Source of the DNA: Octopus bimaculoides
Lineage: Eukaryota
Assembly: GCF_001194135.2 (NCBI RefSeq)
Contig: NC_068991.1
Span: forward strand, 8,752,930 to 8,816,929
DNA: 64,000 nt
Direction of reading: 5' to 3'
The notes below the pieces were generated by a model, which did not search any database, was not told where the DNA came from, and worked only from the letters and a program-made list of their open reading frames with translations. Below are positions 39,221 to 50,916 of the stretch, in pieces. Numbering within the stretch: the stretch's first letter is position 1; every line of letters begins with the position of its first letter. Position numbers and translations under genes: made by a program.

Positions 39221-40430
39221 CAAGACCATAATTTTGGGAAATTGTTAAAAATAATCAATGCAAAGTAAGTAAAATGTTGAAATATATGAAAGAAACAAAA
39301 TACTCAAGACATTGATCTGATGAGATGACTTGTTGGTTTTCTCTCTGACAATTTGCCAACCAAAAAAGAGAGAGAAAAACCCCACAAAAACAAAAACAAA
39401 AATAATAACAAAAAACACTATAAATATAAGTAAAAAATATTGTGAAATGTATCTTTTCTATATTTAATTTTAATTTGCTAAACTATGCTAAAATTTTGGG
39501 AAATTTCTGTTAAAAACAAAAATAAAATCAAACAAGCAGTAATTGCAACATTGTATGAAGAAAAGATATCTTTAAATGAGTAAGCAAAATGAAATGCAGT
39601 GGATAAAAACAAAAATAATTAAGAATTTGTGCAACAAAAATATGTGTTTGGTTGTGTTGTGAATAGACTGAGCTGCAGTAGAAAATATTTAAAGAATGAA
39701 AAACAAGAATATCCTGAAAATTCAGCTGCTAAACATTATAATCAGACTGAATTCTAAAACCTAAGCCTTTTGATGGAATGAATCTGAGAGTCAACATGTA
39801 TATATGTATTCTTTGAGTTAAAGGATAACAATTCTGTCTTTTGTATTTTTATCTATGTGGAAACTATCTTTCAGTTCACAGCATTCTGAAAGTTGTATAA
39901 ATGATTAAGGAAAGAAAAGAAAAAGTAAGAAAAAACGGACAGATGGCAGTAGCTGTGACGATTCTTTGAAGTGTTGACATTTCCAGCTTGATTTTTGTTT
40001 CTTAAAGGGGGAAATGACTATTTCATTTGTAATCTCTATCATCTTAATCAAATGGCAGGAAAACATGAGGAACTTTGAGTTTTAGTTTAATATAGAAACA
40101 CACATATATTTAGTTGTAAGGTAGTGAGGTAGATATACAGCTTTACATTTGAGACATATACTCTTTACTCTTTTGCTTGTTTCAGTCAGTTGACTGCAGC
40201 CATGCTGCAGCAACGCCTTTAGTTGAGAAAATCGACTCCAGGACTTATTCTTTGGATGCCTAGTACTCATTCTATCTGTCTCTTTTTGCCTTTTTTATAA
40301 ATGTTTTTCGTAACTTTCCAGAATATTCCAGTTTTAATGTCATGTTTTAATTTTAACCTTTTTGTTAATTAACCAATAAGCTTTGTTGCCCGTGTTTCTG
40401 GAATGTTTACTCCTTTTTATTTTATGATTA

Positions 40431-40515
<85 letters not shown>

Positions 40516-40554
40516 TTACCACTACTACTGCAAGGATTGTTGTCATTATTATTA

Positions 40555-40722
40555 TTTGGTATTTCATCCGTCTTTATGCTCCGAGTTCAAATTCCACCGA
40601 GATCGACTTTGCCTTTCATCCTTTCAGGGCTGATAAAATAAGTACCAGTTGAGCACTGGAGTTGATGTAATTGATTATCCCCCTCCCCCTAAATTTCAGG
40701 CCTTGTGCCTAAAGCAGAAAGG

Positions 40723-40754
<32 letters not shown>

Positions 40755-40828
40755 GGTAGTGAGCTGGGGTTGATGTAATTGACTTATCCCTACCCCAAAA
40801 TTGCTGGCCTTGTGCCAAAATTTGAAAC

Positions 40829-40888
<60 letters not shown>

Positions 40889-41705
40889 GGTGGTGAGTTG
40901 GTAGAATCGTTAACATTCCAGGCAAAATGCACAGTGGCATTTCNNNNNNNNNNNNNNNNNNNNNNNNNNNNNNNNNNNNNNNNNNNNNNNNNNNNNNNNN
41001 NNNNNNNNNNNNNNNNNNNNNNNNNNNNNNNNNNNNNNNNNNNNNNNNNNNNNNNNNNNNNNNNNNNNNNNNNNNNNNNNNNNNNNNNNNNNNNNNNNNN
41101 NNNNNNNNNNNNNNNNNNNNNNNNNNNNNNNNNNNNNNNNNNNNNNNNNNNNNNNNNNNNNNNNNNNNNNNNNNNNNNNNNNNNNNNNNNNNNNNNNNNN
41201 NNNNNNNNNNNNNNNNNNNNNNNNNNNNNNNNNNNNNNNNNNNNNNNNNNNNNNNNNNNNNNNNNNNNNNNNNNNNNNNNNNNNNNNNNNNNNNNNNNNN
41301 NNNNNNNNNNNNNNNNNNNNNNNNNNNNNNNNNNNNNNNNNNNNNNNNNNNNNNNNNNNNNNNNNNNNNNNNNNNNNNNNNNNNNNNNNNNNNNNNNNNN
41401 NNNNNNNNNNNNNNNNNNNNNNNNNNNNNNNNNNNNNNNNNNNNNNNNNNNNNNNNNNNNNNNNNNNNNNNNNNNNNNNNNNNNNNNNNNNNNNNNNNNN
41501 NNNNNNNNNNNNNNNNNNNNTTGACAGCCTTCCTTTTGCGGGATCTTTATATTCTGAGTTCAAATTCTACTGAGGATCAACTTTGTCTTTTGTCCTGTTG
41601 GGGTCAATAAAGAGTACCTGTTGATGTAATCTACTCGCCCCCAACTTCCCCACAAAATCACTAGCCATGTGCCAAAATTTGAAAGAATCATCATCATCAT
41701 CTTCA
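40555..41705 (+). repeat. Head-to-tail cluster of SINE family C units separated by (ATT)n, spanning a gap
   Basis: Successive family C segments at 40555-40753, 40754-40887, 40888-40943 and 41521-41705. Confidence 0.65.
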
Positions 41706-42339
41706 TGATATTTGCAATAGTTTTGTGCAAGTATTTGTGCCACCAGATACTCCATTTCCCTGAGGCATGTAGGCAGTATTGTGTGGGCTTGTAGGCATAA
41801 AGTGCAGGGATAGGCGGGGGGTTCACTCTGTTGCAGGGTTTGTTTTGCTGTTTTTGGTGTTTATTTTAGTTGTTTTGTACGTTTGTTGTATAGATTGTTT
41901 GCACTGTAAGTGTATTGTTTTGCTCTGTTGGGTAGCGTTTGTGCAGGATATGTGTTGTGTGGATTGTAGTACAAGTTTTAGTGTTGGTTACTATTTGTGT
42001 AGAGCAGGGTCTGCAAATTTCTTACATCGTCAGCTCGTTTCATGGAACTGTTGATAACATATAAACTCCACCCCTTCATGTAATTTTTAAAATAAAATTT
42101 CTAAAATAAAATTAAAATATATTACATGATATAATATTCCTTGATTTAAAAACAATAATTCCTTTGTCCATTTGTGTCATTACCACTTTTTAATTAATAA
42201 GATATATTTAACCATTTAGCATTTGAAATTGGCCATATCTGGCCCAGATATTCCATCTGCTTTATGCTCAAACTGACCAGATTTTCCTCCACCCCTACTC
42301 TGCAATCTCGAGCCTACAAGATAATACATGATTAATTTT

Positions 42340-42660
42340 TTGGCACGTGAAAAGACATTCGAGCGAGGTCATTGCCAGTGCCGCCAAACTGGCTCCTGTG
42401 CAGGTGGCACATAAAATACACCATTTTAAGCGTGGCTGTTGCCAGTACTGCCTGACTGGCCTTCGTGCCGGTGGCACGTAAAAGCACCCACTACGCTCTC
42501 GGAGTGGTTTGCGTTAGGAAGGGCATCCAGCTATAGAAACTCTGCCAAATCAGATTGGTGCCTGGCGTAGCCATCTGGTTTGCCAGTCCTCAGTCAAATC
42601 GTCCAACCCATGCTAGCATGGAAAGCGGACGTTAAACGATGATAATGATGATGATGATGA
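42340..42660 (+). mobile_element. Retroposon family B, ending in a (GAT)n tail (SINE or LINE 3' end)
   Basis: cgtaaaagcacccactac...gttaggaagggcatccagc...catgctagcatggaaagcggacgttaaacgatgat. Confidence 0.85.
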
Positions 42661-42952
42661 CATTGGACTAAGTAATCTGAATGCTAAAGTGTCAAAGAAA
42701 TTCAAAGAAAATACTTAACAAAATTGATCAAGAACAATGAAAATTCAGTGCTGTTATATTGATATAGTTGGAATATTTAATGAGAAATATGATGAATACT
42801 AGTTACGGTTGTATTGATATTTGACTGGAAATTAGTGAGTTATTAACCTTAAATTACTCCCATTCTTCTTGATTCAGTTCATTAATATTATTTCAGGTGT
42901 TTATCAACCCTATGTTTATCGACCCTTTAGTGATCAATATTGACTACTTTAG

Positions 42953-43200
42953 TGGAGACGCATGTCTTAGTGGTTAAGGTATTTGGTCCACAATCTTAAG
43001 GTTGTGAGTTCAAATCCCAGTGGCATTCTGTGTCCTTGAGCAAGACACTTTATCTCACTTTGCTCCAATTCACTCAAATGGCAAAGTTGAGTAGTACCTG
43101 TATCTCAAAGGCCCAGTGCTCAGCCACTTACACATTAATTTCAAAAGCTGGCCGTTCTGTCGATCAGATCAACTAGAAGCCACATCTTGTAACTGACCGA
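42953..43200 (+). mobile_element. tRNA-derived SINE family D (gtgtccttgagcaagacactt core); copies at 26270-26580 (-), 37245-37790 (split), 51770-52055 (-) and 58920-59225 (-)
   Basis: A/B-box-like head (tagtggttaagg..gagttcaaatccc) and a conserved ccttgagcaagacacttt core. Confidence 0.7.
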
Positions 43201-43844
43201 CTGCTAGTTTTTTTTTATTGACCACTTTATCAGTTCATGGTGTAGGGTATGTGTTGTGTAGGTTGAGAAGAGAGAAAAAGGTTGTGAGGAAGAGAGAGAG
43301 AGAGAGAGAGAGAAAGAGGAAGGGAGAGAGAAAGAGGAAGGGAGAGAGATAAGTAAAAGAACTGAAGAAATATTTGTTAGAAAGAAAATCATTGCAAGGG
43401 AAATATTATTTGAAATGTATTTTCTTTGCAACTGGCACAGAGAAAATGGTTAGTTTGGCTGACTACAAAGAAAAACAGAAATTTCTTGATGTTTTACAAA
43501 GAAATCTAAAAGCCAAATATGTCGTTATAGCCTAGACAGCGCCTAGAGGAACATGGCATTGATTTTGTGTAGATTATTGCTAGGTTTCCTTAGGTAACCA
43601 TTCTATATAGTTGTGTGTGTGTGTGTGTCAATGCATGATTGTGTATGTATGTGTGTGGATATGTATGTATTTATGCATGTGTATGTACACATGTGTGTAC
43701 AAGTGTGTATGTAGGTTTGTATAAATGTATGTATGTATGTAACATAGTTATGTAGATTTGTATGAGTGTATGTGTATATATATATATATATGTATGAGTG
43801 TATATATGTATGTTGGTGTGTATATGTATATAGGAGTATGTATA

Positions 43845-43881
<37 letters not shown>

Positions 43882-45370
43882 GCAAATGCATATGTATGTA
43901 TCAGTAAATGTGTATGCAAAAATGTGTTTGTATGTATATATCTACATATGCATATATTTACGCATGCATACATATTTATACTCCAGTCAATCCAATAATC
44001 ATAGACGTTCCACCCACGGCCATCCCATCTCATCATTTATTCAGACACAGCATATCTAGAACTGCATTGTCTAAGGTGGCCTTCCTTTGTCTAGATGTTA
44101 GGTTACATTATGATGGAAATTTAGCAGCTATGTTTGGCAGGTCAAGCAACCACATACTGTTAACATTTATTGACTGTTGTTTGTCTTTAGGCCTAAGCTG
44201 GCTGTGACTCGGCAGACATATGATCAAATATTTGCCAACCATGACAAAACCAGCATAGTTTTTGAAGTCTCTGGTATACATGTTTCTAGGACTACATCAT
44301 AGAATGAATCATTTGTTTACTAAGATGGTAGAGCAAGAATATAATCATGTGAGTTACAAAGGGAAGTTTTTAACCAAACATCTTAGCCTGTATCCATAAT
44401 ACAACATGTATACACACACATGCACATGTGCGCGCGCACACACACACACACACTCTCTTTCAGCGTCCATTTACCAAACCTATTCACAAGTCTTTGATCA
44501 AACTGGGATTATAGTAGAAGAGACTTGCTTAAGGTTCCATACAATGGGAGTGAAGCCAGAACCATTTAGATGGGAAACAAAATTCTTAACAACATAACTA
44601 CAGGCAAAACTGTAAATTAAATAGTTCCACCATTTTATGTGTGTTTCATTAACAAAGAATGATGATCAGTGATATAATGATATAATATAAATTATATAAA
44701 TAAACTACATTGTCTAATCTTCAGAGATGCATAACACTCTTTTGTAATTTTACTGCAATTTTACTGAATTCCAACCAAATGATACATGGTCTATATGAAT
44801 CCTCCTCTTGGTTTCCATCCAGAAATACACAAATATATATAGAGTTCTAAGAGATGGTAATGTGTCTTTTCTGGCAATTCAACTTTTAGCATTTAAGCCG
44901 ACCATATTGGGCCCAAATATTCTACATGTTTTGTGTTCAATCTGGCCAGATCTGGACTCTCACATCTACTTTACAATGACATTCTAAAAATATACAGTCA
45001 TATCATCAAAATTTTGAAGCTATGAAATAAAGCATGATTAATCCGAAACAATATGACTAAAGAAGAATTACATTTGACAGAGTAATTTGAATGTTAAAGG
45101 GTTAAATTTAAATTGCCCTATAAAAATGTGTGCATGTGTGTATGTATATATATATATATATATGTGTATTGTGTGTGCATATATATATATATATATTTAC
45201 ATATACATACAAAGACACACATACAAACACATACATATCCCTCATGTAAACTGTGTGCCTTAAATCTCATTAACCACCATCCCCCTCCACCACCACCACC
45301 ACTGTTCATTTACCGAGCAGTCCACCTCCTTCGCTGCTAACCGCATGCTTACCTGCTTGCTTTTTTCCAG

Positions 45371-45531
45371 CCGCAGACTGCTACGAACTTGGTAGAATCG
45401 CTTATCATGATGATGACTTCTACCACACTGTACTGTGGATGGACGAAGCGTTGCTGCGTTATGATAAGGAAACGGTTAAGACAATCAATAAAGATGCCTT
45501 ATTGGACTATTTGGCTTTTGCCACGTATAAG
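45371..45531 (+). CDS. P4HA: Prolyl 4-hydroxylase alpha subunit internal exon, variant A (peptide-substrate-binding/TPR region)
   Basis: Acceptor ttttttccag|CC, donor AAG|gtatgt, 161 nt, phase 1 to 0. Reads xADCYELGRIAYHDDDFYHTVLWMDEALLRYDKETVKTINKDALLDYLAFATYK, matching the recalled P4HA motif AEDCFELGKVAY..DYYHTELWMEQAL...LDYLSYAVYQ. Not shown in this frame in the ORF track. Confidence 0.93.
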
Positions 45532-46598
45532 GTATGTGATGCTGTGTGCTTGTCTGAGATTGGGTGGTGGTAATGGTGGTAGTCGTGGTAGGGATAGTTG
45601 TGTGTGTCTNNNNNNNNNNNNNNNNNNNNNNNNNNNNNNNNNNNNNTGTGTGTGTGTGTGTGTGTGGTTGGATTGCTTTGAGGAATGGTGATAATGGGTT
45701 TGTGGTAAGGCTGGATGTGGTGTTCGTGAATGAAACCTTGTTGGCTGTCCGATATTGTCGTGAATTTATGTGTGTGTGTGTGTGTGTGTGGGGTGGAGGG
45801 GATTGCTTAGAGGAATAGCAATCATGGTTTTACAGCATGGTTGGATGCATTGGTGAATGGTACCTTGTTGGCTGTTTGAGTTAATCACGAATTTGTATGC
45901 GTGTGTGTGTGTGTGTGTAGATGTGACTGTGTGGTTAAGAAGTTGGCTTCCTAAGCACATGGTTTTAGATTTAGTCCCGCAGTGTGACACTTTGGGCAAG
46001 TGTCTTCTACTATAACCCCATGCCAACCAAAGCCTTGTAAGTAGATTTAAACAGAAACTGAAAGAAGCCCACCATATATACGTGTGTGTATGTGTGCATG
46101 TGTTACTGTGTTTTAGCCTTAACATCACATGACGGTTGTAAATGAATGCCACTGTCATGCAGAATGTTTTCTTTTGTTTCCAATCTTCCATGAAACCACG
46201 TCTGGTCATGAGGAACTACTACCTCATTTGGAAACAGGAAGGGCATCCAGCTGTAATAATTCAGCCTCAACAAATTCTGCCGAATGTAAACAGTAAAACA
46301 ATGATGATGATGATGATGATGATCATGAGGACCTGGTGTATGCAATTAAGACAGTATTTAATTAAAATAGCCATCTATGTATCCTACTTAATGTATATAC
46401 ACAGTTGATGGACCATTTACTGCTGTATTTGTCCTGACATAACATCTGTTATGGATTTTTGCTGTGCTTGAAACATATTAAATATAATAGATAATGAATT
46501 CACTCATCTGAGTATGTGGTTGGTTGCAAGTCTGTGCCATTGAAAAGGCTCAAAAAGGCCAAAATACTCCCGCCACTCACACCGGACATTGCTTAGAT

Positions 46599-46853
46599 CA
46601 GTGTTTCTCAACCATTTTTTGCCTATGGGCCCCTTTGGTCCCTACTTTACTCAGACGCACCCTCATCGCCATTTGATGTTTAAAAATATCCTATTATATT
46701 TTCATAATTAAATATTGCTAGAAATTGTATAAAAAAAATTGTTAAAATATTTCATGTATTGCAGAAGTATAAACAATTTATGGTGGATAAATTTTAACAA
46801 GAAAATTTTATAGAGACCTCCAAAGCCACATGGACCCTGGTTGAGAACCACCA
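46599..46853. mobile_element. hAT (Charlie-like) MITE
   Basis: CAGTGTTTCTCAAC...GTTGAGAACCAC termini, with a degenerate 8-bp TSD gcttagat / gaatagat. Confidence 0.6.
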
Positions 46854-47063
46854 GAATAGATGATGAATTTTCATCTCTCTCTCATATTTATTGCATTTTT
46901 AATGCAGCAAGTCTCCAAGAAATATTATCTGAGAACAAACACTGCAGTAATGGCCTATTGAAAATATGTGTACACAGATTGTAGGACCAAACATTTTTTT
47001 CTTTTAAATGTTGAGGTCAACAATGGTGGTGATGGTGATATTAGATAAATAACAATTGTGATG

Positions 47064-47340
47064 TTAATGGCTGTTTATAGCAATGGCGATGATGGTGGTG
47101 GTGGTGGTGGTGGTGGTGTGAGGTGACTGATGATCTTGATGACAATGATGATGATGATGGTGGTGGTTGTAGGTTGTAGGAGTTGCTGGTGGTGGAAAAG
47201 ATGATGATGATGATGGTGGTGGTTGTGTGATGGTGATAAGGTTGGTGTTGGTGATGATGGTGGTGAAGATAATAACAACAATGATGATTATAATAACAGT
47301 GCTGCTGATGTCTGATGATAACACTGGTGATACTAGGATG
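47064..47340. repeat. (GGT)n/(GAT)n low-complexity tract
   Basis: Mixed ggt/gat trinucleotide runs. Confidence 0.9.
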
Positions 47341-48636
47341 ACAACTCCAACAGTGTGCATTTCATTTTTTTGTTCTTTCCATAATCCATAACAAGAAAAA
47401 AACCCTTGAAATCCTTTGCACACATCCATCTGTATGTTCCCATATCAAAGCATATCTCCAACTAACCCCTTAACTTTAATAACCTTTGTGTTTTGTTTTA
47501 TGTACATATTCTCATGCATAATAGTTGCGTTTCTAGACATGCGCATATATACTTAAATGCTAAACTCCTGGAAAGTTTTACAAATTTTTACAGTTCCAGT
47601 GATGGCTTGGAACTGGTGCCCTCAAATAAGCTTTGTGTGTGTGTGTGTGTGTGCGTGTGTGCGTAGTAATGTGTAAACACACTTTAATTACAAAATCTTT
47701 GAGGACAGAAAATGAGAGATCATCTGAACCAGTGTTGGAGTTTCATTGTCAACTGAGTACCCTCTTTAACTACCCCTGGAAATACTGCATATAAATGTTG
47801 TTACCGAGAACTTATTAGTGAATTAATAATACTTGTGGGTTAATAACAGCGGATTTGTAAGCAGTGTTAATTAATAACTATTAAGATAATAATTTGCCAC
47901 ACTATTAACCTCTATACAGATAGAAAATACATAAAAATATAGCAGGGCATCTATTCATACATTTATGCATATATATGCCAACCATATATATACATATGTG
48001 GCCTTCCTTTCTAAAGGCAGTTGTGCAAGAATTGAAGCAGATTTTGCTATTTCTAGCTTTTTTAAAACAACCATGTAGAGGTCTCTCACATTGTTGTTGT
48101 AGGTATTATTGCTGTTGTTAACTGAAATCAACTTGATCAAATATACTATCAGCCCTATTTTTAAATATATCTAGTATCAAAGACCTTCCAACTATAACCA
48201 TCACATCCCATTTTTTCCAGACATAGTGTATCTAGGACTACATTATCCATTGTGTTCTTTGAGCTTTATAAAATTTTTATTCCTTTAATTTTAGTACAGT
48301 AGGATGTCTGACCTAAGAGAGGAGATTTCTCAGATATTTCTAGTTTGTTGAATCACAAGATAGAGAAGTTCCTTGATTGGCTTATTTATAATTATTGCTG
48401 ATGTCATGTGATCTCATTAGTTGTATGGTAATGGTGCATGGAACTTGTATGCAAACTAATTCATACCTTAGTGCTTGCTCATATATATACATATATATTT
48501 ATCTCTTGTCCTTAGATTGAACCGTTTATCATGACAATAACAGCTAAATTGAACCCACCAACTAACACTTCTTACCTCCCTCGATAGTGCCTCTTTCTCA
48601 CTCAGTTTTGGGAGTCATTTTGGCAAACTGCATTAA

Positions 48637-48837
48637 CCCTTTAGTATTCAGATCCTGTCAAATGTAACGCTTATTTATTCAGTGTTTAGAATTAATCATG
48701 CATTATCTTGTAGCTTTGTGACTGTTTATTTTTAGAATGACATTGCAAGGTTGGTGTGAGGGGCCAAATTTGGTCAGCTTGAACATAAAACAGGTAGAAC
48801 ATTGTGGCCAATTATGGCTAGTTTAAATGCTAAAGGG
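48637..48837. mobile_element. piggyBac-type MITE (family 2); further copies near 18740-19020, 24400-24620, 44885-45105 and 54500-54720
   Basis: TTAA|CCCTTTAG...CTAAAGGG|TTAA, with a shared internal sequence (ttgaattaatcatgcattatc...tttagaatgacattg...gaacataaaacagg). Confidence 0.75.
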
Positions 48838-49220
48838 TTAAAACAAGCATGGATTTTTGTTCTTTTATTGTAGTTTAGTGAAGCCAATTAATATCTTCTA
48901 ACTGTTTTAAGTGCACAATGCTCTGAGCTGGGTCATAAACAGAGTCTGCTGACTAACATTTTCCACTACTCTTGAAACTGTCTCCCTTCTTCATCCCTAA
49001 CCCTTACTCACTCAGTTCTAGGAATCTTTTTGGCAAACTTTGTTACACAAGCATGGACTTTTGCTCTTCTGCATGTCCTTACAATAAGAATCTAATTCTG
49101 CCAATGTCTTTTATTCTTTAACTGTTTTATATTTACCATGTTGCAAATCCTGCATCATGGTGAAAAAATACATTTTGCTGTTGTTTAGTGACACCAATTG
49201 AAATTCTTTAACTGTTTTAG

Positions 49221-49381
49221 CTGAAGAATGCTTTGAGCTAGGACGCTATGCCTATACCCAACGTGACTTCTACCATACTATTATGTGGATGCAGGAATCT
49301 CTGGATCAGGATGCAAGGGAATTGAATAAAACAGCCGATCGAGCACTCATTCTTGATTATTTATCCTATGCCATGTCAATG
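49221..49381 (+). CDS. P4HA: Prolyl 4-hydroxylase alpha subunit internal exon, variant B (homolog of 45371-45531)
   Basis: Acceptor aactgttttag|CT, donor ATG|gtaaga, 161 nt, phase 1 to 0. Reads xEECFELGRYAYTQRDFYHTIMWMQESLDQDARELNKTADRALILDYLSYAMSM; 24/53 aa identical to variant A. Confidence 0.93.
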
Positions 49382-50084
49382 GTAAGAATGCATAAAACAA
49401 AACTTTCTTATATATACCCTAGCAGAAAGGCATTAATGCCTTGCATTCTCGGTTTGCCTTTATAAATCTGTGCTCTTTGTGCATGAACAAGGACAACTTA
49501 TGTTATTCATTATGGCCACCTTTATGTACCCTCTACATATCCCTCTCTTCCTCACCTACACCTTGAAAATTAAACCCCTACTTTCTGATCTATCCTCCTT
49601 CTTGAGCTTCTCCTGTCTCTCTTATACCCTCTCCATGCTGGTATTTCCCATCGACCACACCTCCACCCTTCCCCATCTCTAACCATCTGTTACTCTTCAC
49701 ACTCATCTGAAGTTACCCATTCTCTCCTTTCTACCCCTGATCTGTCTCCCATTTTGTGCTCACCTTCTTGTGCCTTAAGGGTTTACTCTGGCACCCATCT
49801 CTGACATTTTTACCTTCAACTTCCCCAATTACTATTACTCATCATTATATAATGTTGGGTAGACATGTATCTCTTCTATAGCAAGACACCTGTCCTTGTT
49901 CCTTTGTCATATTTTAGCCTCTCCATACCTGGCATAAATCCACCTCCCCTTCCCTAACACTGCTCCCCACCCACTTCTACTTAGTCATAGAGTGGGGGTG
50001 AAGGAGCTTTTCCCTTTTCCATTCTTCTGCCTTGCAATCTTGTTAGTGCCAGTGCACAGCACAAAAAAAAAAACTAAAAATAAA

Positions 50085-50478
50085 GGCGCAGGAGTGGCTG
50101 TGTGGTAAGTAGTTTGCTTACCAACCACATGGTTCCGGGTTCAGTCCCACTGCGTGGCACCTTGGGCAAGTGTCTTCTACTATAGCCTCGGGCCGACCAA
50201 AGCCTTGTGAGTGGATTTGGCAGGCGGAAACTGAAAGAAGCCCGTTGTATATATATTTATATATATATATGTATGTATATGTTTGTGTGTCTGTGTTTGT
50301 CCCCCCAACATCGCTTGACAACCGATGTTGGTGTGTTTACGTCCCCGTCACTTAGCGGTTCGGCCTGGGAGACCGTTAGAATAAGTACTAGGCTTACAAA
50401 GAATAAGTCCTGGGGTCGATTTTCTCGACTAAAGGCAGTGCTCCAGCATGGCCGCAGTCAAATGACTGAAACAAATAA
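50085..50478 (+). mobile_element. SINE family A, full length, young copy
   Basis: ggcgcaggagtggctgtgtgg...gactgaaacaaataaaa, with CpGs largely retained. Confidence 0.88.
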
Positions 50479-50872
50479 AAATAAAATAAAAAATAAAAAA
50501 GAGCATCCAGTACACACTATGAAGTGATTGGCATTAGGAAGGGCATTGAGGTCTGACACTGGAATTTGGTGTAGCCCTGCAGCTTGCTGGGTCCAGGCAA
50601 ACTGTCCAACTCAAGCCAGCATGGAACATGGACATTCAATGACAAAGATGATGGTGATGATGAGGATGATGCGGCTAACAGAGGAGTTAGATTTTTCTTG
50701 CACACCTTTCAGCCCTGTGGGTCTGGTTATGTTGGCACACTTCTATTATATCCCTGTCTTTGTGTATTATACTTCTTGTTGTGGTCAAGTTAATTTTAGT
50801 GGAGATGATACTTTAGAGTGGGGACCCACTTCTAAGCTTGTTTAGATATAATTGAATCTTCTTGGAACTTAC

Positions 50873-50916
50873 CAGCATTTAGCAAACTTTGTGAAGTTCT
50901 GAACATCTTCACCATA
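50873..50916 (-). CDS. Candidate 44-nt minus-strand exon, possibly an upstream exon of the PTP gene
   Basis: Acceptor tttatcaatcag|, donor CTG|gtaagt. Contains the ATG frame MVKMFRTSQSLLNA. Supported by splice signals only, with no homology. Confidence 0.3.

Noticed and set aside
45389-45691. ORF-track protein MVESLIMMMTSTTLYCGW...
   Set aside because: Wrong frame of P4HA exon A, running on into intron.
47064-47429. His/Thr/Pro-rich ORFs
   Set aside because: Translation of (GGT)n/(GAT)n low-complexity repeats.
45532-49220. Two tandem P4HA paralog genes as the explanation for the duplicate exon
   Set aside because: No intervening downstream or upstream P4HA exons or promoter in 3.7 kb of nearly gap-free sequence.
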